From contig CAVWKE010000003.1 of NCBI GenBank assembly GCA_963755555.1, forward strand, positions 53,357-117,356: DNA of 64,000 nucleotides, given 5' to 3'. Source of the stretch: Vulcanimicrobiota bacterium. Lineage in GTDB: Bacteria > Vulcanimicrobiota > Vulcanimicrobiia > Vulcanimicrobiales > Vulcanimicrobiaceae. The position numbers were made by a program, and so were the translations under genes. Under the pieces are notes generated by a model. The model made no database searches, was not told the origin of the DNA, and worked only from the letters and a program-made list of their open reading frames with translations. Of this stretch, positions 1-9,845 are shown one piece after another (position 1 is the first letter of the stretch; each line of letters starts with the position of its first letter).

Positions 1-1478
1 GCACGGAACGCGAGGCGATCTACGAGGCTAACCGGATCGCCGCGGCCTACTTTGCTCGGATGCTCGCCGGGGACGCGGGAGTGCGCGCGCGCGCCTACTG
101 CGCGAAGCGGGGATTTTCAGAGGCTACCATCGAGAAGTTCGCCTTGGGATACGCTCCCGACGCCTGGGACGGTTTGGTCGAGGCGCTGCGCGAAGCGCGC
201 GTCGACCTGGCGGTTGGGGTCAAGGCGGGTCTCTTGAAGAACGGCCAGCGGGGGTACTACGATTTCTACCGCGACCGTTTGATGGTGCCGACGTACGCCA
301 CGACCGGCGAGGTGGTCGCTTTCGGTGGACGAGCGCTTGGCAGTGGAGAGCCCAAGTACCTCAACACGACGACGACGCCGGTGTACACCAAGGGCAGGCA
401 CTTGTTTGCGCTAAACGCCGCCCGCCGGGCCGCCCAGCGCGATCGAACCCTGATCGTCGTTGAAGGCTACCTCGATTGCATCGCGCTCCACCAGGCCGGC
501 TTCGAGAATGCGGTGGCGTCGCTGGGCACGTCGTTTACCGCCGAGCAGGCGGCCGAGCTGCGAAAGTACGCCGAGTACGTGTTTCTGTGTTTCGACGGCG
601 ATCCGGCGGGGAGCGCGGCTGCAACCAAAGCCGTCGAGATTGCATCCAAGAGTATCGAGCACACGGGATCGTCGGTCCGCGTGGCGATGCTGCCGGCGGG
701 CGAGGACCCCGACAGTTTCGTGCGAGAGCGAGGCGCCGACGCGTTCCGAGCACTGCTCGAAGGGGCCAAGCCGGCGATCGAGTTCAGGATCGACGTGGAG
801 ATCGAACGTCTGCGTGCGGGCTTTGAAACGCCTGCGAAAGTGGCGCCGACGGCGGAAAAGCTCATCCGCGAAATGACGCCGCGAGAGGAATGGGATCGCT
901 GGCGCGTTTACGTCGCAGGGCGGCTGCAGGTGAGCCCGGATGACCTTCGGAATAGCCGGTTCCTCGCGAACAGTGCAAATTTCGCGCCACGGGCGAGCGG
1001 AGGCCGCTTCTCGGGAAGCCGCCACGCCCCAGCTTCGGTCGGTCCATATTCCTACGAACGCGAGATCCTCGGCATTTTGCTCGAAGAACCCGCGCTCGCG
1101 GCGGAGTACGGTGGCCGGATCGAGGCCGTTCGGTTTCGCGACGAGCAGCACCGGCGGATCTACGAGCGGATCGTTCAAAGTGGCGATTCGCTGCGGGTAA
1201 CCGCCGACGTATTCGGACTATTTGCGGAGGATCGGATTGGTTTGGAATTGTTGACGGCGCTTGGAGCGCGCGACCGCAGTTCGGCGGTGCGTTACGGTGG
1301 ATCAGAAGAGCGGCGCACGCATCTCGAGCGGGTGGTCGAACGGTTTGAGAACGACGATGCGCAGCAGCGGTATCGTGAAGTTTCGAGGCAGATCGACGAG
1401 CAGCTGACCGGCGGCGGCCCCGTTTCGGCGGAACTGCGTGGCGAGTTCGAAACGCTCGTGGCGAGGCTCAAGCGATGA
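1..1478 (+). CDS. dnaG: DNA primase DnaG, 5'-truncated by the window edge (reading frame starts at nt 3)
   Basis: The frame is open from nt 3 ([21 protein letters not shown]...). TOPRIM-type block [28 protein letters not shown]...[15 protein letters not shown]. It sits directly upstream of rpoD, the classical dnaG-rpoD synteny. Confidence 0.9.
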   Translation, partial: TEREAIYEANRIAAAYFARMLAGDAGVRARAYCAKRGFSEATIEKFALGYAPDAWDGLVEALREARVDLAVGVKAGLLKNGQRGYYDFYRDRLMVPTYATTGEVVAFGGRALGSGEPKYLNTTTTPVYTKGRHLFALNAARRAAQRDRTLIVVEGYLDCIALHQAGFENAVASLGTSFTAEQAAELRKYAEYVFLCFDGDPAGSAAATKAVEIASKSIEHTGSSVRVAMLPAGEDPDSFVRERGADAFRALLEGAKPAIEFRIDVEIERLRAGFETPAKVAPTAEKLIREMTPREEWDRWRVYVAGRLQVSPDDLRNSRFLANSANFAPRASGGRFSGSRHAPASVGPYSYEREILGILLEEPALAAEYGGRIEAVRFRDEQHRRIYERIVQSGDSLRVTADVFGLFAEDRIGLELLTALGARDRSSAVRYGGSEERRTHLERVVERFENDDAQQRYREVSRQIDEQLTGGGPVSAELRGEFETLVARLKR

Positions 1479-1576
1479 CCCCGACGCAAAGCGATCGCCC
1501 GCTGCAAAAACGGAAATCGGGAAACGGGGCAGAAGTTGCCCACGGCGATTCTCAAGGAAAGGAGGTGAAGCAAAAA

Positions 1577-2746
1577 ATGGCTCGCAAGAGGGGCGCCACC
1601 GCGGTCGCCGATGCGGCTCCGGCGGTGACGCTGGACGAACTCAAAAAGAAACTGCTCGCGCGCGGAAAGACGCGGGGGTCTCTCACCTACGAGGAGATCA
1701 ACTCGACGTTCGACGTGCTCGAAGACGTGAGCCCCGAACAACTCGACGAATTCTTCGAAGAAATTACCGCCGCCGGAATCGACCTCGTAGACGACCAGAA
1801 GGAAGAGAAGCCCGAAGCCGAGGGCGAGGCCGAACCCGAAGATCCCATTCCCGACGGTCTGTCGCTCGACGATCCGGTGCGGATGTATCTCAAGGAGATC
1901 GGGCGCGTGCCGCTGCTCTCGATGGAGCAAGAGAAGTCCCTGGCGATGCGGATCGAAGCCGGCGAACTGGAGTCGAACAAAAACGGCGCCGGCGATTGGA
2001 AGCTGGTCGATTCTGGCGACGAGGCGAAGCGTCAGCTCACCGAAGCGAATTTGCGGCTGGTCGTTTCGATCGCGAAGAAGTACGTCGGCCGCGGGATGCT
2101 GTTCCTGGATTTGATCCAGGAGGGAAACCTCGGATTGATTCGGGCGGTCGAAAAATTCGACTATCGTAAAGGATACAAGTTTTCGACGTATGCCACTTGG
2201 TGGATTCGCCAAGCCATCACTCGCGCGCTCGCGGATCAGGCTCGCACGATCCGGATTCCGGTACACATGGTCGAGACGATCAATCGGCTCATCAAGATTT
2301 CGCGTCAGCTTCTGCAAGAACTCGGCCGCGAACCGTCGGTCGAGGAGATCGCCGACGCCATGGGACTGACGCCCGAGAAGGTTCGCGAAGTGATGAAGAT
2401 TTCGCAAGAGCCGATTTCCTTGGAGACGCCGATCGGCGAAGAAGAAGACTCCCACCTCGGCGACTTCATCGAGGACCAGGAGGCGATCGCCCCGGCCGAG
2501 GCGGCGTCCGTCATGCTCCTCAAGGAAAAGATGCAGGACGTGCTTCAAAATCTCACCGAGCGGGAGCGAAAGGTGCTGGTCCTGCGTTTCGGACTGGAGG
2601 ACGGGCACCAGCGCACGCTTGAGGAGGTCGGGCAGGAATTCGGCGTGACGCGCGAGCGGATTCGCCAGATCGAGGCCAAGGCGCTGCGTAAATTGCGCCA
2701 TCCGTCGCGTGGCAAGGCGCTCAAGGACTACTGGACCAACGAGTAA
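1577..2746 (+). CDS. rpoD: Primary RNA polymerase sigma factor (sigma-70 family, RpoD)
   Basis: Region 2 reads [40 protein letters not shown]. Region 4 reads [33 protein letters not shown] at 1577 is preceded by GGAGG at 1561-1565. The track ORF (1475) extends upstream into the dnaG end. Confidence 0.95.
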   Translation: MARKRGATAVADAAPAVTLDELKKKLLARGKTRGSLTYEEINSTFDVLEDVSPEQLDEFFEEITAAGIDLVDDQKEEKPEAEGEAEPEDPIPDGLSLDDPVRMYLKEIGRVPLLSMEQEKSLAMRIEAGELESNKNGAGDWKLVDSGDEAKRQLTEANLRLVVSIAKKYVGRGMLFLDLIQEGNLGLIRAVEKFDYRKGYKFSTYATWWIRQAITRALADQARTIRIPVHMVETINRLIKISRQLLQELGREPSVEEIADAMGLTPEKVREVMKISQEPISLETPIGEEEDSHLGDFIEDQEAIAPAEAASVMLLKEKMQDVLQNLTERERKVLVLRFGLEDGHQRTLEEVGQEFGVTRERIRQIEAKALRKLRHPSRGKALKDYWTNE

Positions 2747-2795
2747 GGGGCGCCGGCCGGTAACCGTTGAGGCCTCTCGCGCGTTGAATTCAGCG

Positions 2796-3488
2796 ATGCT
2801 CCTTGCCTACGCCCTCGCCGCGATGCTCGCCGTCCTGGCGCCGGCTTCCGCCGCCGCCCTGCCCTCCTCGCCGTCGCCCGGGCCCTCGTCGACGCCACGC
2901 GAGCTCAAAACGATCGTCACCGTTGTTTCATCGCCGTACTGCAACGCGCTTGCGGAGCATTTCAACGGAGCGCTTCTCCCGATGCTCGCCAACGACCGGA
3001 TCTTCGATTCGGTGAGCGTCCAGCTCGACGAGATGAACGAGATGTTCAAGTATCCCGACTACGCCAACCGGTTTCTAAACCTGCGCAAGAAAACCGTCGC
3101 CGAGTCGGATACGCTGATCCGTTCGCTCAAGCCGATGCAGCGCCAGATCGACGCGCTTCGCCAGGGGGCATCGCTATCCACCGATCCGGCAGCGGCGCAA
3201 CAGATGCGCGACGCCGCTTCGCAGCTGCAGGATGCCTACAATCACCAGTTCCAGCTCACGACCGACCTGACGAGCATGGCGCAGTCGATGATGGAATACG
3301 ACATCGAACGCGGCCCGCATCCGCTGGGCGGCTGGACGCCGCAAGAGCAAGCGATGCCGGCCGATGAGAAAAACGTCAAGGTGTACTTGCACTTCGACCG
3401 CCAACGCACCAGCATCAGCACCTCCGAAGATCGCGGTGCCGACATCGCCTACGCCATCGCCCAAGACCACTGCACGAAAAGCCCGTGA
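2796..3488 (+). CDS. Secreted hypothetical protein (no domain recognised)
   Basis: ATG at 2796 gives the signal-peptide-like N-terminus MLLAYALAAMLAVLAPASAAA. High GC3 coding pattern. No family recognised. Confidence 0.55.
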   Translation: MLLAYALAAMLAVLAPASAAALPSSPSPGPSSTPRELKTIVTVVSSPYCNALAEHFNGALLPMLANDRIFDSVSVQLDEMNEMFKYPDYANRFLNLRKKTVAESDTLIRSLKPMQRQIDALRQGASLSTDPAAAQQMRDAASQLQDAYNHQFQLTTDLTSMAQSMMEYDIERGPHPLGGWTPQEQAMPADEKNVKVYLHFDRQRTSISTSEDRGADIAYAIAQDHCTKSP

Positions 3489-3517
3489 TTCGCTCTGGCT
3501 CGTCGTCGGCGGGGGGC

Positions 3518-3560
3518 CTCATTTACCATAGTAAACTTCGGCCCCCCGCCTCCTAAAGCC
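3518..3560. terminator. GC-rich hairpin between convergent genes (possible bidirectional terminator)
   Basis: GGCGGGGGGCC (3518-3528) and GGCCCCCCGCC (3550-3560) are perfect 11-bp complements around a 21-nt AT-rich loop. The hairpin lies between the 3' ends of 2796..3488(+) and 3599..4276(-). There is no clear U-tract. Confidence 0.4.
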
Positions 3561-3598
3561 AGAACGAATCGCGGGCTTTTCCTGCGGGCCGCCGTGCT

Positions 3599-4276
3599 TT
3601 ACATATCGCCTTTGTCGGCGTTGGCGCTAGGGATGACGAGGGGGTTTTTCGACGCGAAGGCGCCGGCGGGGTTGGGCTTCACCCAAACGATCAGATCCCA
3701 GAGCGACGGAAACAGAAAGACTTTTTTCACGTCGCTCGCGCTCTTGGCGAAGCCCATCGTTACGATCGTCGCCGCCTGCGGATCGTCGACCTTTCCGCCG
3801 GCAGCGGCAAACTTTTGCGCGCTCACGCCGCCGTAAGTCTCGGTTCCGTTGGGTCCGTTGAGAATGTAGTGGATGTGTTCGCGGAACGACACCCAACGTT
3901 GGGCGCTAACGCCCCAGATGGCCGGTGGCTCGGGCGAGCCGCTCTGGAGTACCGAAAAGTCCGCGCCCAGCAGATTGCCGTGGACGTCGTACCAAAGCTG
4001 GGATGGCTCCTGCGGATTGCCGCTTTGCCACTTCAGGTTGGCGTAGCTGATCGCCCCATCTTCGTCCTCGTTGCCGTAGCGAAAATAGCCGGCTTGTTCG
4101 GCGGCTTGCGGTGTCGGAAACCGCTTCGTCAGATCCTTTTGAATCGACGCGACGAAGGCTGCTTCGGTTCCGTGGGGGATCGGCGAAAGCGTAGCTTTCG
4201 GCGCGGGTGTCGCTGCGAATGCGGCGGTGAAAGTCAGCGCGAGGGCGGCCAGAGCGGCCCCGGTTCTAATCAACAC
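3599..4276 (-). CDS. Secreted hypothetical protein
   Basis: N-terminus MLIRTGAALAALALTFTAAFAATPAP looks like a signal peptide. No family recognised. Confidence 0.6.
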   Translation of the reverse strand: MLIRTGAALAALALTFTAAFAATPAPKATLSPIPHGTEAAFVASIQKDLTKRFPTPQAAEQAGYFRYGNEDEDGAISYANLKWQSGNPQEPSQLWYDVHGNLLGADFSVLQSGSPEPPAIWGVSAQRWVSFREHIHYILNGPNGTETYGGVSAQKFAAAGGKVDDPQAATIVTMGFAKSASDVKKVFLFPSLWDLIVWVKPNPAGAFASKNPLVIPSANADKGDM

Positions 4277-4293
4277 GAGAACGATCCCTTTCT

Positions 4294-5187
4294 CTACGGA
4301 GAGGCGCTCGAAACCGGCGACGGGGACGGAGCCGGAGTTGGGGGTCCCGGCGTCATCGAGGGTTCGGGCGTCACTGAGGGTGTGGGGATCTGAGTCGGCA
4401 CCGGCGCAGGCGTTTTCCTGCTCTTGGACGCCTCGGGACCAAACGGCGTTGCGAACGGCTCGACCGGGAAGCTCGATTTGGGCAGTTGGAGATTCTGCGG
4501 CAGGGGGCGCGGCGTTTCGATCGCCACCGTCCCGTTGGGCATGGCAGTGAGCGTCGCGTCGGTGCGGGCCGGCAGTTCGGAGCCCGCGCTGAGAACGAAG
4601 TTCTTGCCCGACCGGAAGATGTGATACAAGAAATGATAGGGTATGACCTGATCTTCGATCGTGTCTTCCCAGGCGACGGTCGATTCATGACCGGCAGACA
4701 CGTGCGGCTCGAGACGGGCGACGGGTGCGCGCAACGGAAGTTCGCGTCCGTCGGGAAGGTCGAGCGGCTCGAAGAAGATGTCGACGAATCCGTAAACGTC
4801 GCCAATGTCGGCGCGCGAAACGGCGACGATGCGAATCTTTGCCGGCGTGCCGGCCGGCGCGACCGTTCGTCCGCCAACCACGAGCGGTTCCTTCAAGTGC
4901 ACGCCGACCAACTGGCCGGCGTGCGATGCCTTCGACGAAATCGCTTCGTCAATTACGAAGATCAGACTCGAGTCGAACGGAAGCACGTTGCCGGACGGCG
5001 CCGGAGTCGGACTCGTCGACGCCGTCGGTGCGGGCGTGGGAGAGATCGGATAGGCGCGTACCGATTCCGATCCGAGGACGGGAACGATCGCCAGGGCTAG
5101 CGCGGCGCCGAGAATCGGCGCCCGCAGGCCCGTCCTAGCTCGCGCGCTTTTCGCGAGCGGCCGCGGCGGCCCGTTTTCCCTCTTCAA
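4294..5187 (-). CDS. Secreted hypothetical protein with Pro/Thr/Ser-rich linkers at both ends
   Basis: Signal-like LRAPILGAALALAIVPVLGSESVRA. PTPAPT-type low-complexity stretches flank a globular core. The start is uncertain: the maximal ORF reaches 5247, but that overlaps the KGG gene. TTG at 5187 is the nearest plausible start. Confidence 0.5.
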   Translation of the reverse strand: MKRENGPPRPLAKSARARTGLRAPILGAALALAIVPVLGSESVRAYPISPTPAPTASTSPTPAPSGNVLPFDSSLIFVIDEAISSKASHAGQLVGVHLKEPLVVGGRTVAPAGTPAKIRIVAVSRADIGDVYGFVDIFFEPLDLPDGRELPLRAPVARLEPHVSAGHESTVAWEDTIEDQVIPYHFLYHIFRSGKNFVLSAGSELPARTDATLTAMPNGTVAIETPRPLPQNLQLPKSSFPVEPFATPFGPEASKSRKTPAPVPTQIPTPSVTPEPSMTPGPPTPAPSPSPVSSASP

Positions 5188-5470
5188 TGAGCTGCTTAAC
5201 TTTTTGGCCACCTTTTTGTCCGATGCGTTCGTAGAAATGCGGTCCATACCGGTCGCGCGTAGCTTCGCCGCCTTTCTTACCGCCCTTCTTGCCGATTTGC
5301 TCGTAGAACTCGTGACCGTGCGCTTCTTTCGTTGCTAATCCGCCCTTGCGGCCGATCTGCTCGTAGAATTCTGCGCCGTATTTTTGCTTGACGGTCTCGC
5401 CGCCTTTTTGTCCGGCCTCGCGGACCGACATTCCGCCGGCGCGTTTTGGTTGTTCGGGGGTGCCTGGCAT
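5135..5470 (-). CDS. KGG-repeat general stress protein (YciG/GsiB-like)
   Basis: 111 aa. Four repeats of (F)YE(Q/R)IG(R/K/Q)KGG: GQKGGETV, FYEQIGRKGG, FYEQIGKKGGKKGG, FYERIGQKGG. ATG at 5470. The 261-aa track ORF (to 5920) is an N-terminal over-extension. Confidence 0.8.
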   Translation of the reverse strand: MPGTPEQPKRAGGMSVREAGQKGGETVKQKYGAEFYEQIGRKGGLATKEAHGHEFYEQIGKKGGKKGGEATRDRYGPHFYERIGQKGGQKVKQLIEEGKRAAAAAREKRAS

Positions 5471-5544
5471 GTTGTTGTTCACCTTGTTTTTTGCTCGGTT
5501 ATCCGAGTCGGATGGACGGCGATACCGATCGATGCGTCCGCTTT

Positions 5545-5554
5545 TACTATAGTA
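5545..5554. promoter_or_regulatory. AT-rich perfect palindrome TACTATAGTA in a divergent intergenic region (possible back-to-back -10 boxes or an operator)
   Basis: The 10-bp perfect palindrome reads TATAGT on both strands. It lies between the divergent genes starting at 5470(-) and 5587(+). Confidence 0.3.
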
Positions 5555-5586
5555 GAACGCAGGTTGGGGCTCGAAGGTTGGCTCGA

Positions 5587-7053
5587 ATGCTAAAGCTGCG
5601 TGTATTCTTAAGCGGAGTAGCGACCTTAGTCGTGACTTGGATGGGGACGGCGGCCGTTCAATCTCAACCCCATCTTCAGATTCTAACCCTTGAGAGCAAG
5701 CGTTCTCTGGGAGACGGAGCCTTGGGGCGGTGGCTCGGCTCCTCCGACGGGCGGATCGCCGCCCGGGCGGCACTCGCGATCGGACGCACCAGGCTGGCGG
5801 CCGGCGAGCCGCTGCTGGCCGCCCACCTGGGCGACCCTCGCGACCCGGTCCGGGCGATGGCGGTGTATGGCATTGGCCTCCTGTCCACCGGCGCACACGG
5901 CCGGTCCCTGCTGACGGCAATCTCCGACCGGGCCGGGGCCGTACGAGTAGCCGCGGTCGACGCGGTCGCGCGCTACGAAGCCGCCGGGCGATTCGGGACT
6001 ATGGAAGCTGACGCGCAACTCGCGCTCGAGCGCGCCCTTGCGGCCGACCGCTCGCCGATCGTCCGGTCGCGGGCGGCCGTCGCCCTCGTGGAGTTTCGCA
6101 ACGGCCCGCGCGCCGGCGCCGCTGCAGCGGCGCTGACGTCGGCGTTCCGGGCCGCTCGCGACGTCGAGGTCCGCCGCCACGCCATGTGGTCGATATATCG
6201 AGGTTTTGCGGCGACTGCGGGAGTCGCTTTCGTCGAGTCGGGGCTGCACGATTCCGACGAAATCGTGCGCATCGAAGCCGTGCGCGCGATGAGCCGGTTC
6301 AAGGATCCGGCACTCGCGGCAATCGTCAAACCGCTGCTCGCGGATCCGTCGTGGCGCGTCCAGGAACAAGCTTCGCAGACGATTCTCGCGCTCGAAGGAA
6401 AAGCGCCGGCCGATCACTGGACCGCGATTCCGCCGTTCGTGCACCTCCCCGTCGTGCAGCCCGATCCGCTGGCGGGTCTGGCCGCCGAAGCGAAAGTTCC
6501 TAGTAAGGCGGCCGCACCGCTGCCGGAACAGGCGGCGTTGGTACCGCTCTATCCATCGACGGCGGAGGCGATGACCTCGCCGGTAGCGGGGGCTCATCCG
6601 CGCGTGCGGATCGTCACGACCAAGGGAAACGTTTACGTCACGCTATTTCCGGAGTGGGCTCCGCTGACGGTCGCAAATTTCCTAGGCCTCGCTCGCGCGG
6701 GCTATTACGACGGCAACCGCTGGTTTCGAATCGTGCCCGATTTCGTCGTCCAAACCGGCGATCCGCACGACGACGGCAACGGCGACGCGGGCTACTCCCT
6801 GGGGGCCGAAGAGAATCCGCTGGAACAACGCAGCTACGTGATCTCGATGGGACTGAACTACGACGGCAAAACGCAAACGCCGATTCGGGATTCGGCGGGA
6901 ACGCAGTACTACGTCACGCTCTCGCCGCAGTACCATCTCGATCGAGACTTCACGGTCTTCGGCGAAGTTACGAGCGGCTTCGACGTTCTCGCGAACCTGA
7001 TCGAAAGCGACCGCGTCGAGCGCGTAGAGCAGATCGCGGACTTACGCGGCTAA
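5587..7053 (+). CDS. HEAT-repeat protein fused to a cyclophilin-type peptidyl-prolyl cis-trans isomerase
   Basis: Signal-like start MLKLRVFLSGVATLVVTWMGTAAVQS. Repeated VR..A...L HEAT-like units. The C-terminus VTLFPEWAPLTVANFLGLARAGYYDGNRWFRIVPDFVVQTGDP...FTVFGEVTSGFDVL is a cyclophilin signature. Confidence 0.8.
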   Translation: MLKLRVFLSGVATLVVTWMGTAAVQSQPHLQILTLESKRSLGDGALGRWLGSSDGRIAARAALAIGRTRLAAGEPLLAAHLGDPRDPVRAMAVYGIGLLSTGAHGRSLLTAISDRAGAVRVAAVDAVARYEAAGRFGTMEADAQLALERALAADRSPIVRSRAAVALVEFRNGPRAGAAAAALTSAFRAARDVEVRRHAMWSIYRGFAATAGVAFVESGLHDSDEIVRIEAVRAMSRFKDPALAAIVKPLLADPSWRVQEQASQTILALEGKAPADHWTAIPPFVHLPVVQPDPLAGLAAEAKVPSKAAAPLPEQAALVPLYPSTAEAMTSPVAGAHPRVRIVTTKGNVYVTLFPEWAPLTVANFLGLARAGYYDGNRWFRIVPDFVVQTGDPHDDGNGDAGYSLGAEENPLEQRSYVISMGLNYDGKTQTPIRDSAGTQYYVTLSPQYHLDRDFTVFGEVTSGFDVLANLIESDRVERVEQIADLRG

Positions 7054-7499
7054 ATTTCACGCTTCGAGTCGAGCAAGAGGGTAACCGGACCCTGGTTGAC
7101 GAGTTCGACGTCCATCTCGGCGCCGAACTCACCGTAGGCGACGTGCAGGCCGCGCGCGGCGATCGCCCAGCCGACGCGTTCGAAGAGCGTCTGCGCTTGC
7201 GCGCTTGCCGCGGCTCGAGCGAACGACGGCCGGCGGCCCTTGCGTGCGTCGCCGTAGAGGGTGAACTGCGAAACCAGCAAAACGCCCCCGCCCGCGTCCG
7301 CCACGGATCGGTTCATACGCCCCGCCTCGTCGCGAAAAATTCGCAGTACCGCGATCTTCTCGGCCAGCCAATCCGCATCGGCGCGATCGTCGCCGGTCTC
7401 GACCCCCACGAGCGCGAGCAGCCCGGTACCGATCTCGCCGACCGGGCGCCGCGCGACCCGTACGCAGGCGCGCGTCACGCGCTGTACGACCGCCCGCAC
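7050..7499 (-). CDS. dtd: D-aminoacyl-tRNA deacylase
   Basis: MRAVVQRV...GLLALVGV...LLVSQFTLYGD..KG.RPSF...ELVNQGPVTLLLDS. Typical Dtd length (149 aa) and motifs. Confidence 0.9.
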   Translation of the reverse strand: MRAVVQRVTRACVRVARRPVGEIGTGLLALVGVETGDDRADADWLAEKIAVLRIFRDEAGRMNRSVADAGGGVLLVSQFTLYGDARKGRRPSFARAAASAQAQTLFERVGWAIAARGLHVAYGEFGAEMDVELVNQGPVTLLLDSKREI

Positions 7500-7508
7500 G
7501 ATGCGCCG

Positions 7509-8459
7509 CTACCGCCAGAATACCGACGACAGCGCGAATAAGGCGTTTTCACGCCGTTCGAGGACCCGGCGGTAGAAATAGCCCGCCCAGTGCGTTCCGA
7601 ACGGTACGTAAACGCGCATCCGGTAGCCGTCCGCCACCAACTCGCGCTGAACGTGCGGGCGGCAGCCCTGTAACATTTGAAACTCGAACGCGTCGCGTCC
7701 GATGCCCTCGGCGGAAACGAAGTCTTTGACGGCGGCGATCAGCCGCCGGTCGTGGGTGGCGATGCCCGGATAGGTTCCACGCCGCAATAACTCACGCGCG
7801 AGCCGTAGAAAGTTTTCGCGAATTTCGGTCATCCGCTCGTAAGCGATTTCGGGCGGCTCGCTATACGCGCCCTTGCACAGCCGGACGCGGGCACCCAGTT
7901 CGATGGCCCGTTCCACGTCGGCCGCGGTGCGCTTCAGGTAGGCTTGCAGGACGATACCAACGTTGCGATGGGTCGCGAAAGCTCGCTCGAATACGCGCAG
8001 GGTCGCTTGCGTGACGGCCGACCCTTCCATGTCGATGCGTACGAAAGGATCGGGATTCCGACTTGCGCGATCGGCGATCCGCAGGAGGTTTTCGAGGGCG
8101 AAGTCTTCGTCCAGGAGCAGCCCGATCGCGGTGAGCTTGACCGAGACGTTCGAATCGGCGCCGGTCTGCGCGAGCACGTCGAGGATTCGAATGTACGTAT
8201 CGGTCGTCTCGATCGCCGCCTTGGAATCGCGCACGTCTTCGCCGAGGAAATCGAGCGAGGCCGTCATGCCGAGTTGGTTGAGACCGCGAACGGTAGCGAC
8301 CGCCGATTCGATCGTTTCGCCCGGCACGAACCGCCTAGCCAAGAAAAAAAACCGTTTTTGAAAGATCGAGTCCGGCGCAAACAAACGGTCGAGAACGCCG
8401 GGCGAGTCCTTTTTGACCACGTCGTTAAGGTACGACGCCGCGGCGCAAAATCCAGGCAC
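7509..8459 (-). CDS. Monofunctional proline dehydrogenase
   Basis: SLDFLGEDV, SVKLTAIGL, RIDMEGS, LQAYLKRT, VRLCKGAY, IATHD, FEFQMLQGCR and YVPFG..W..YF.RR..ER blocks. The start is uncertain because the maximal ORF overlaps the upstream permease end by 35 nt. Confidence 0.8.
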   Translation of the reverse strand: MPGFCAAASYLNDVVKKDSPGVLDRLFAPDSIFQKRFFFLARRFVPGETIESAVATVRGLNQLGMTASLDFLGEDVRDSKAAIETTDTYIRILDVLAQTGADSNVSVKLTAIGLLLDEDFALENLLRIADRASRNPDPFVRIDMEGSAVTQATLRVFERAFATHRNVGIVLQAYLKRTAADVERAIELGARVRLCKGAYSEPPEIAYERMTEIRENFLRLARELLRRGTYPGIATHDRRLIAAVKDFVSAEGIGRDAFEFQMLQGCRPHVQRELVADGYRMRVYVPFGTHWAGYFYRRVLERRENALFALSSVFWR

Positions 8460-9225
8460 CCGCCAGCGCGGCTGCCGCGAGGACGATGAAGCCGTAGCAA
8501 AGTCCTAAGGCGGCGTGCACTCCCGACGCCGCAAGGGCGACGTAAAGGGCGACCGGCAGCGACGTGGGGTGGAATGCCACGATGCTCGTGGCGCCGTATT
8601 CCCCGATCGCTCGCAGCCATGCAAAGGCCACCCCGGCGCCGACGCCGGCGGCTGCAGCGGGCAGTGCGATTCGCGCGAAGATTCGCCACTCACTGGCCCC
8701 CAGAGTGCGCGCCGCGTCCTCGTATATCGGATCCAACGCGGAGAATGCCGCCGTCGCGGCGATCGCCACGAACGAGCCCGAAACGAAGAATTCGGCGGCG
8801 CCGACGCCGAGCAGCGAGTCGGGGACCGTCGTTCCGTGCGACGCGAGCCATTGACCCAGGGGCGAGCGGATTCCGAAAACGTAGATCAGCATCAAGCCCG
8901 ACGCGACCGGCGGAAACGCCAGCGGCAGCGCGAGCAGGAAGATCGCCACCGCCCGCAGCTTGCGATGCAGTCGCGAAAAGTAATAGCCGGCCGGAACGCC
9001 GAGCAGCGTCGCCGCCAGCGTCGCGCCCAGAGAGGCGACGAGCGAAACACGCAGCGCATTACCGTTCGCGCCGATCGAAGCCGCCGCTTCGCTAGGCGAC
9101 ATCGAGAAAAGCACCGCGCCGATGGGTATGGCGACGGCTGCGAGCAGCGCAACCGCCGCCGCAAGAAAGAGGGGGCTCGGAAGCGGACGCGGCACCATTA
9201 CCAAAAGCCTACCATTATCCGGCAC
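8425..9225 (-). CDS. ABC transporter permease (MetI-fold, ModB/CysTW-like)
   Basis: About 6 TM segments. EAA-type loop YEDAARTLGASEWRIFARIALP. No ATPase or binding-protein gene lies adjacent. Confidence 0.7.
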   Translation of the reverse strand: MPDNGRLLVMVPRPLPSPLFLAAAVALLAAVAIPIGAVLFSMSPSEAAASIGANGNALRVSLVASLGATLAATLLGVPAGYYFSRLHRKLRAVAIFLLALPLAFPPVASGLMLIYVFGIRSPLGQWLASHGTTVPDSLLGVGAAEFFVSGSFVAIAATAAFSALDPIYEDAARTLGASEWRIFARIALPAAAAGVGAGVAFAWLRAIGEYGATSIVAFHPTSLPVALYVALAASGVHAALGLCYGFIVLAAAALAGAWILRRGVVP

Positions 9226-9269
9226 GCGAGGCGGTGTTTCTTCGTCGGCCGGCGGAGAGACGTCATCGC

Positions 9270-9836
9270 GTGACCGTTGCTGCCCTAAAAATTGCGTTCG
9301 TTGCGCTGAGCCTGTCGCTCGACGTTTTTGCGGTCAGCGTCGGCGTCGGCGTGCGCGGCGTCCCCGCGGGGATGAAGTGGCGCATCGGCGTGGCTTTCGC
9401 CTGTGCCGAAATTTCGATGAACCTCATCGGCGCCGCACTCGGCTTAGCCGCCGGAAAGTATCTCGGGGACATCGCGGGATATATCGGCTTCGTCGCCTTG
9501 ATTGCCTTGGGCGCCTACATGATCAAGGAGAGCCGCAGCGATTTTGCGGGGGCTTCGAGCTTGGACCTTTCGAAGGGATGGGGCCTGGCGATCGCCTCCC
9601 TCTCGATCAGCCTCGACTCGCTCGGAATCGGGTTCTCGATCCTCTACATCGGCGTCCAGCCGGTCATCTCGTTGGCGGTCATCGGCGTCGTTTCGGTCAT
9701 TTCGACCGCCCTCGGGCTGTCATTGGGCGAACGGCTCGGAGCATTTGCCGAACGGCACGCCGCGTTGCTCGGCGGAATCCTCCTGATGTTGACCGGATTG
9801 GCATTCATTCTCATCAAAGCGTTCCATCTCGAGTAG
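9270..9836 (+). CDS. mntP: MntP-family (DUF204) putative manganese efflux pump
   Basis: VTVAALKIAFVALSLSLDVFAVSVGVG... followed by a second SISLDSLGIGFS half-repeat. GTG at 9270 is preferred over the track start at 9234. Confidence 0.7.
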   Translation: MTVAALKIAFVALSLSLDVFAVSVGVGVRGVPAGMKWRIGVAFACAEISMNLIGAALGLAAGKYLGDIAGYIGFVALIALGAYMIKESRSDFAGASSLDLSKGWGLAIASLSISLDSLGIGFSILYIGVQPVISLAVIGVVSVISTALGLSLGERLGAFAERHAALLGGILLMLTGLAFILIKAFHLE

Positions 9837-9845
9837 CACGATCGC

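Noticed and set aside
1292-2701. 469-aa minus-strand ORF covering almost all of rpoD
   Set aside because: It is antisense to a gene with unmistakable sigma-70 motifs. The translation is Arg/Leu/Asp-rich with no recognisable domain. Long stop-free antisense frames are expected at this GC content.
5471-5920. N-terminal extensions of long track ORFs, here 5135..5920; the same applies to 31167..32546, 40728..41849, 48740..50269, 51634..53043 and 55653..57662
   Set aside because: In each case only the C-terminal part carries a recognisable domain. The extension overlaps, in another frame, an upstream gene with strong motifs. The starts were therefore trimmed to internal ATG/GTG/TTG codons, several of which overlap the upstream stop codon.
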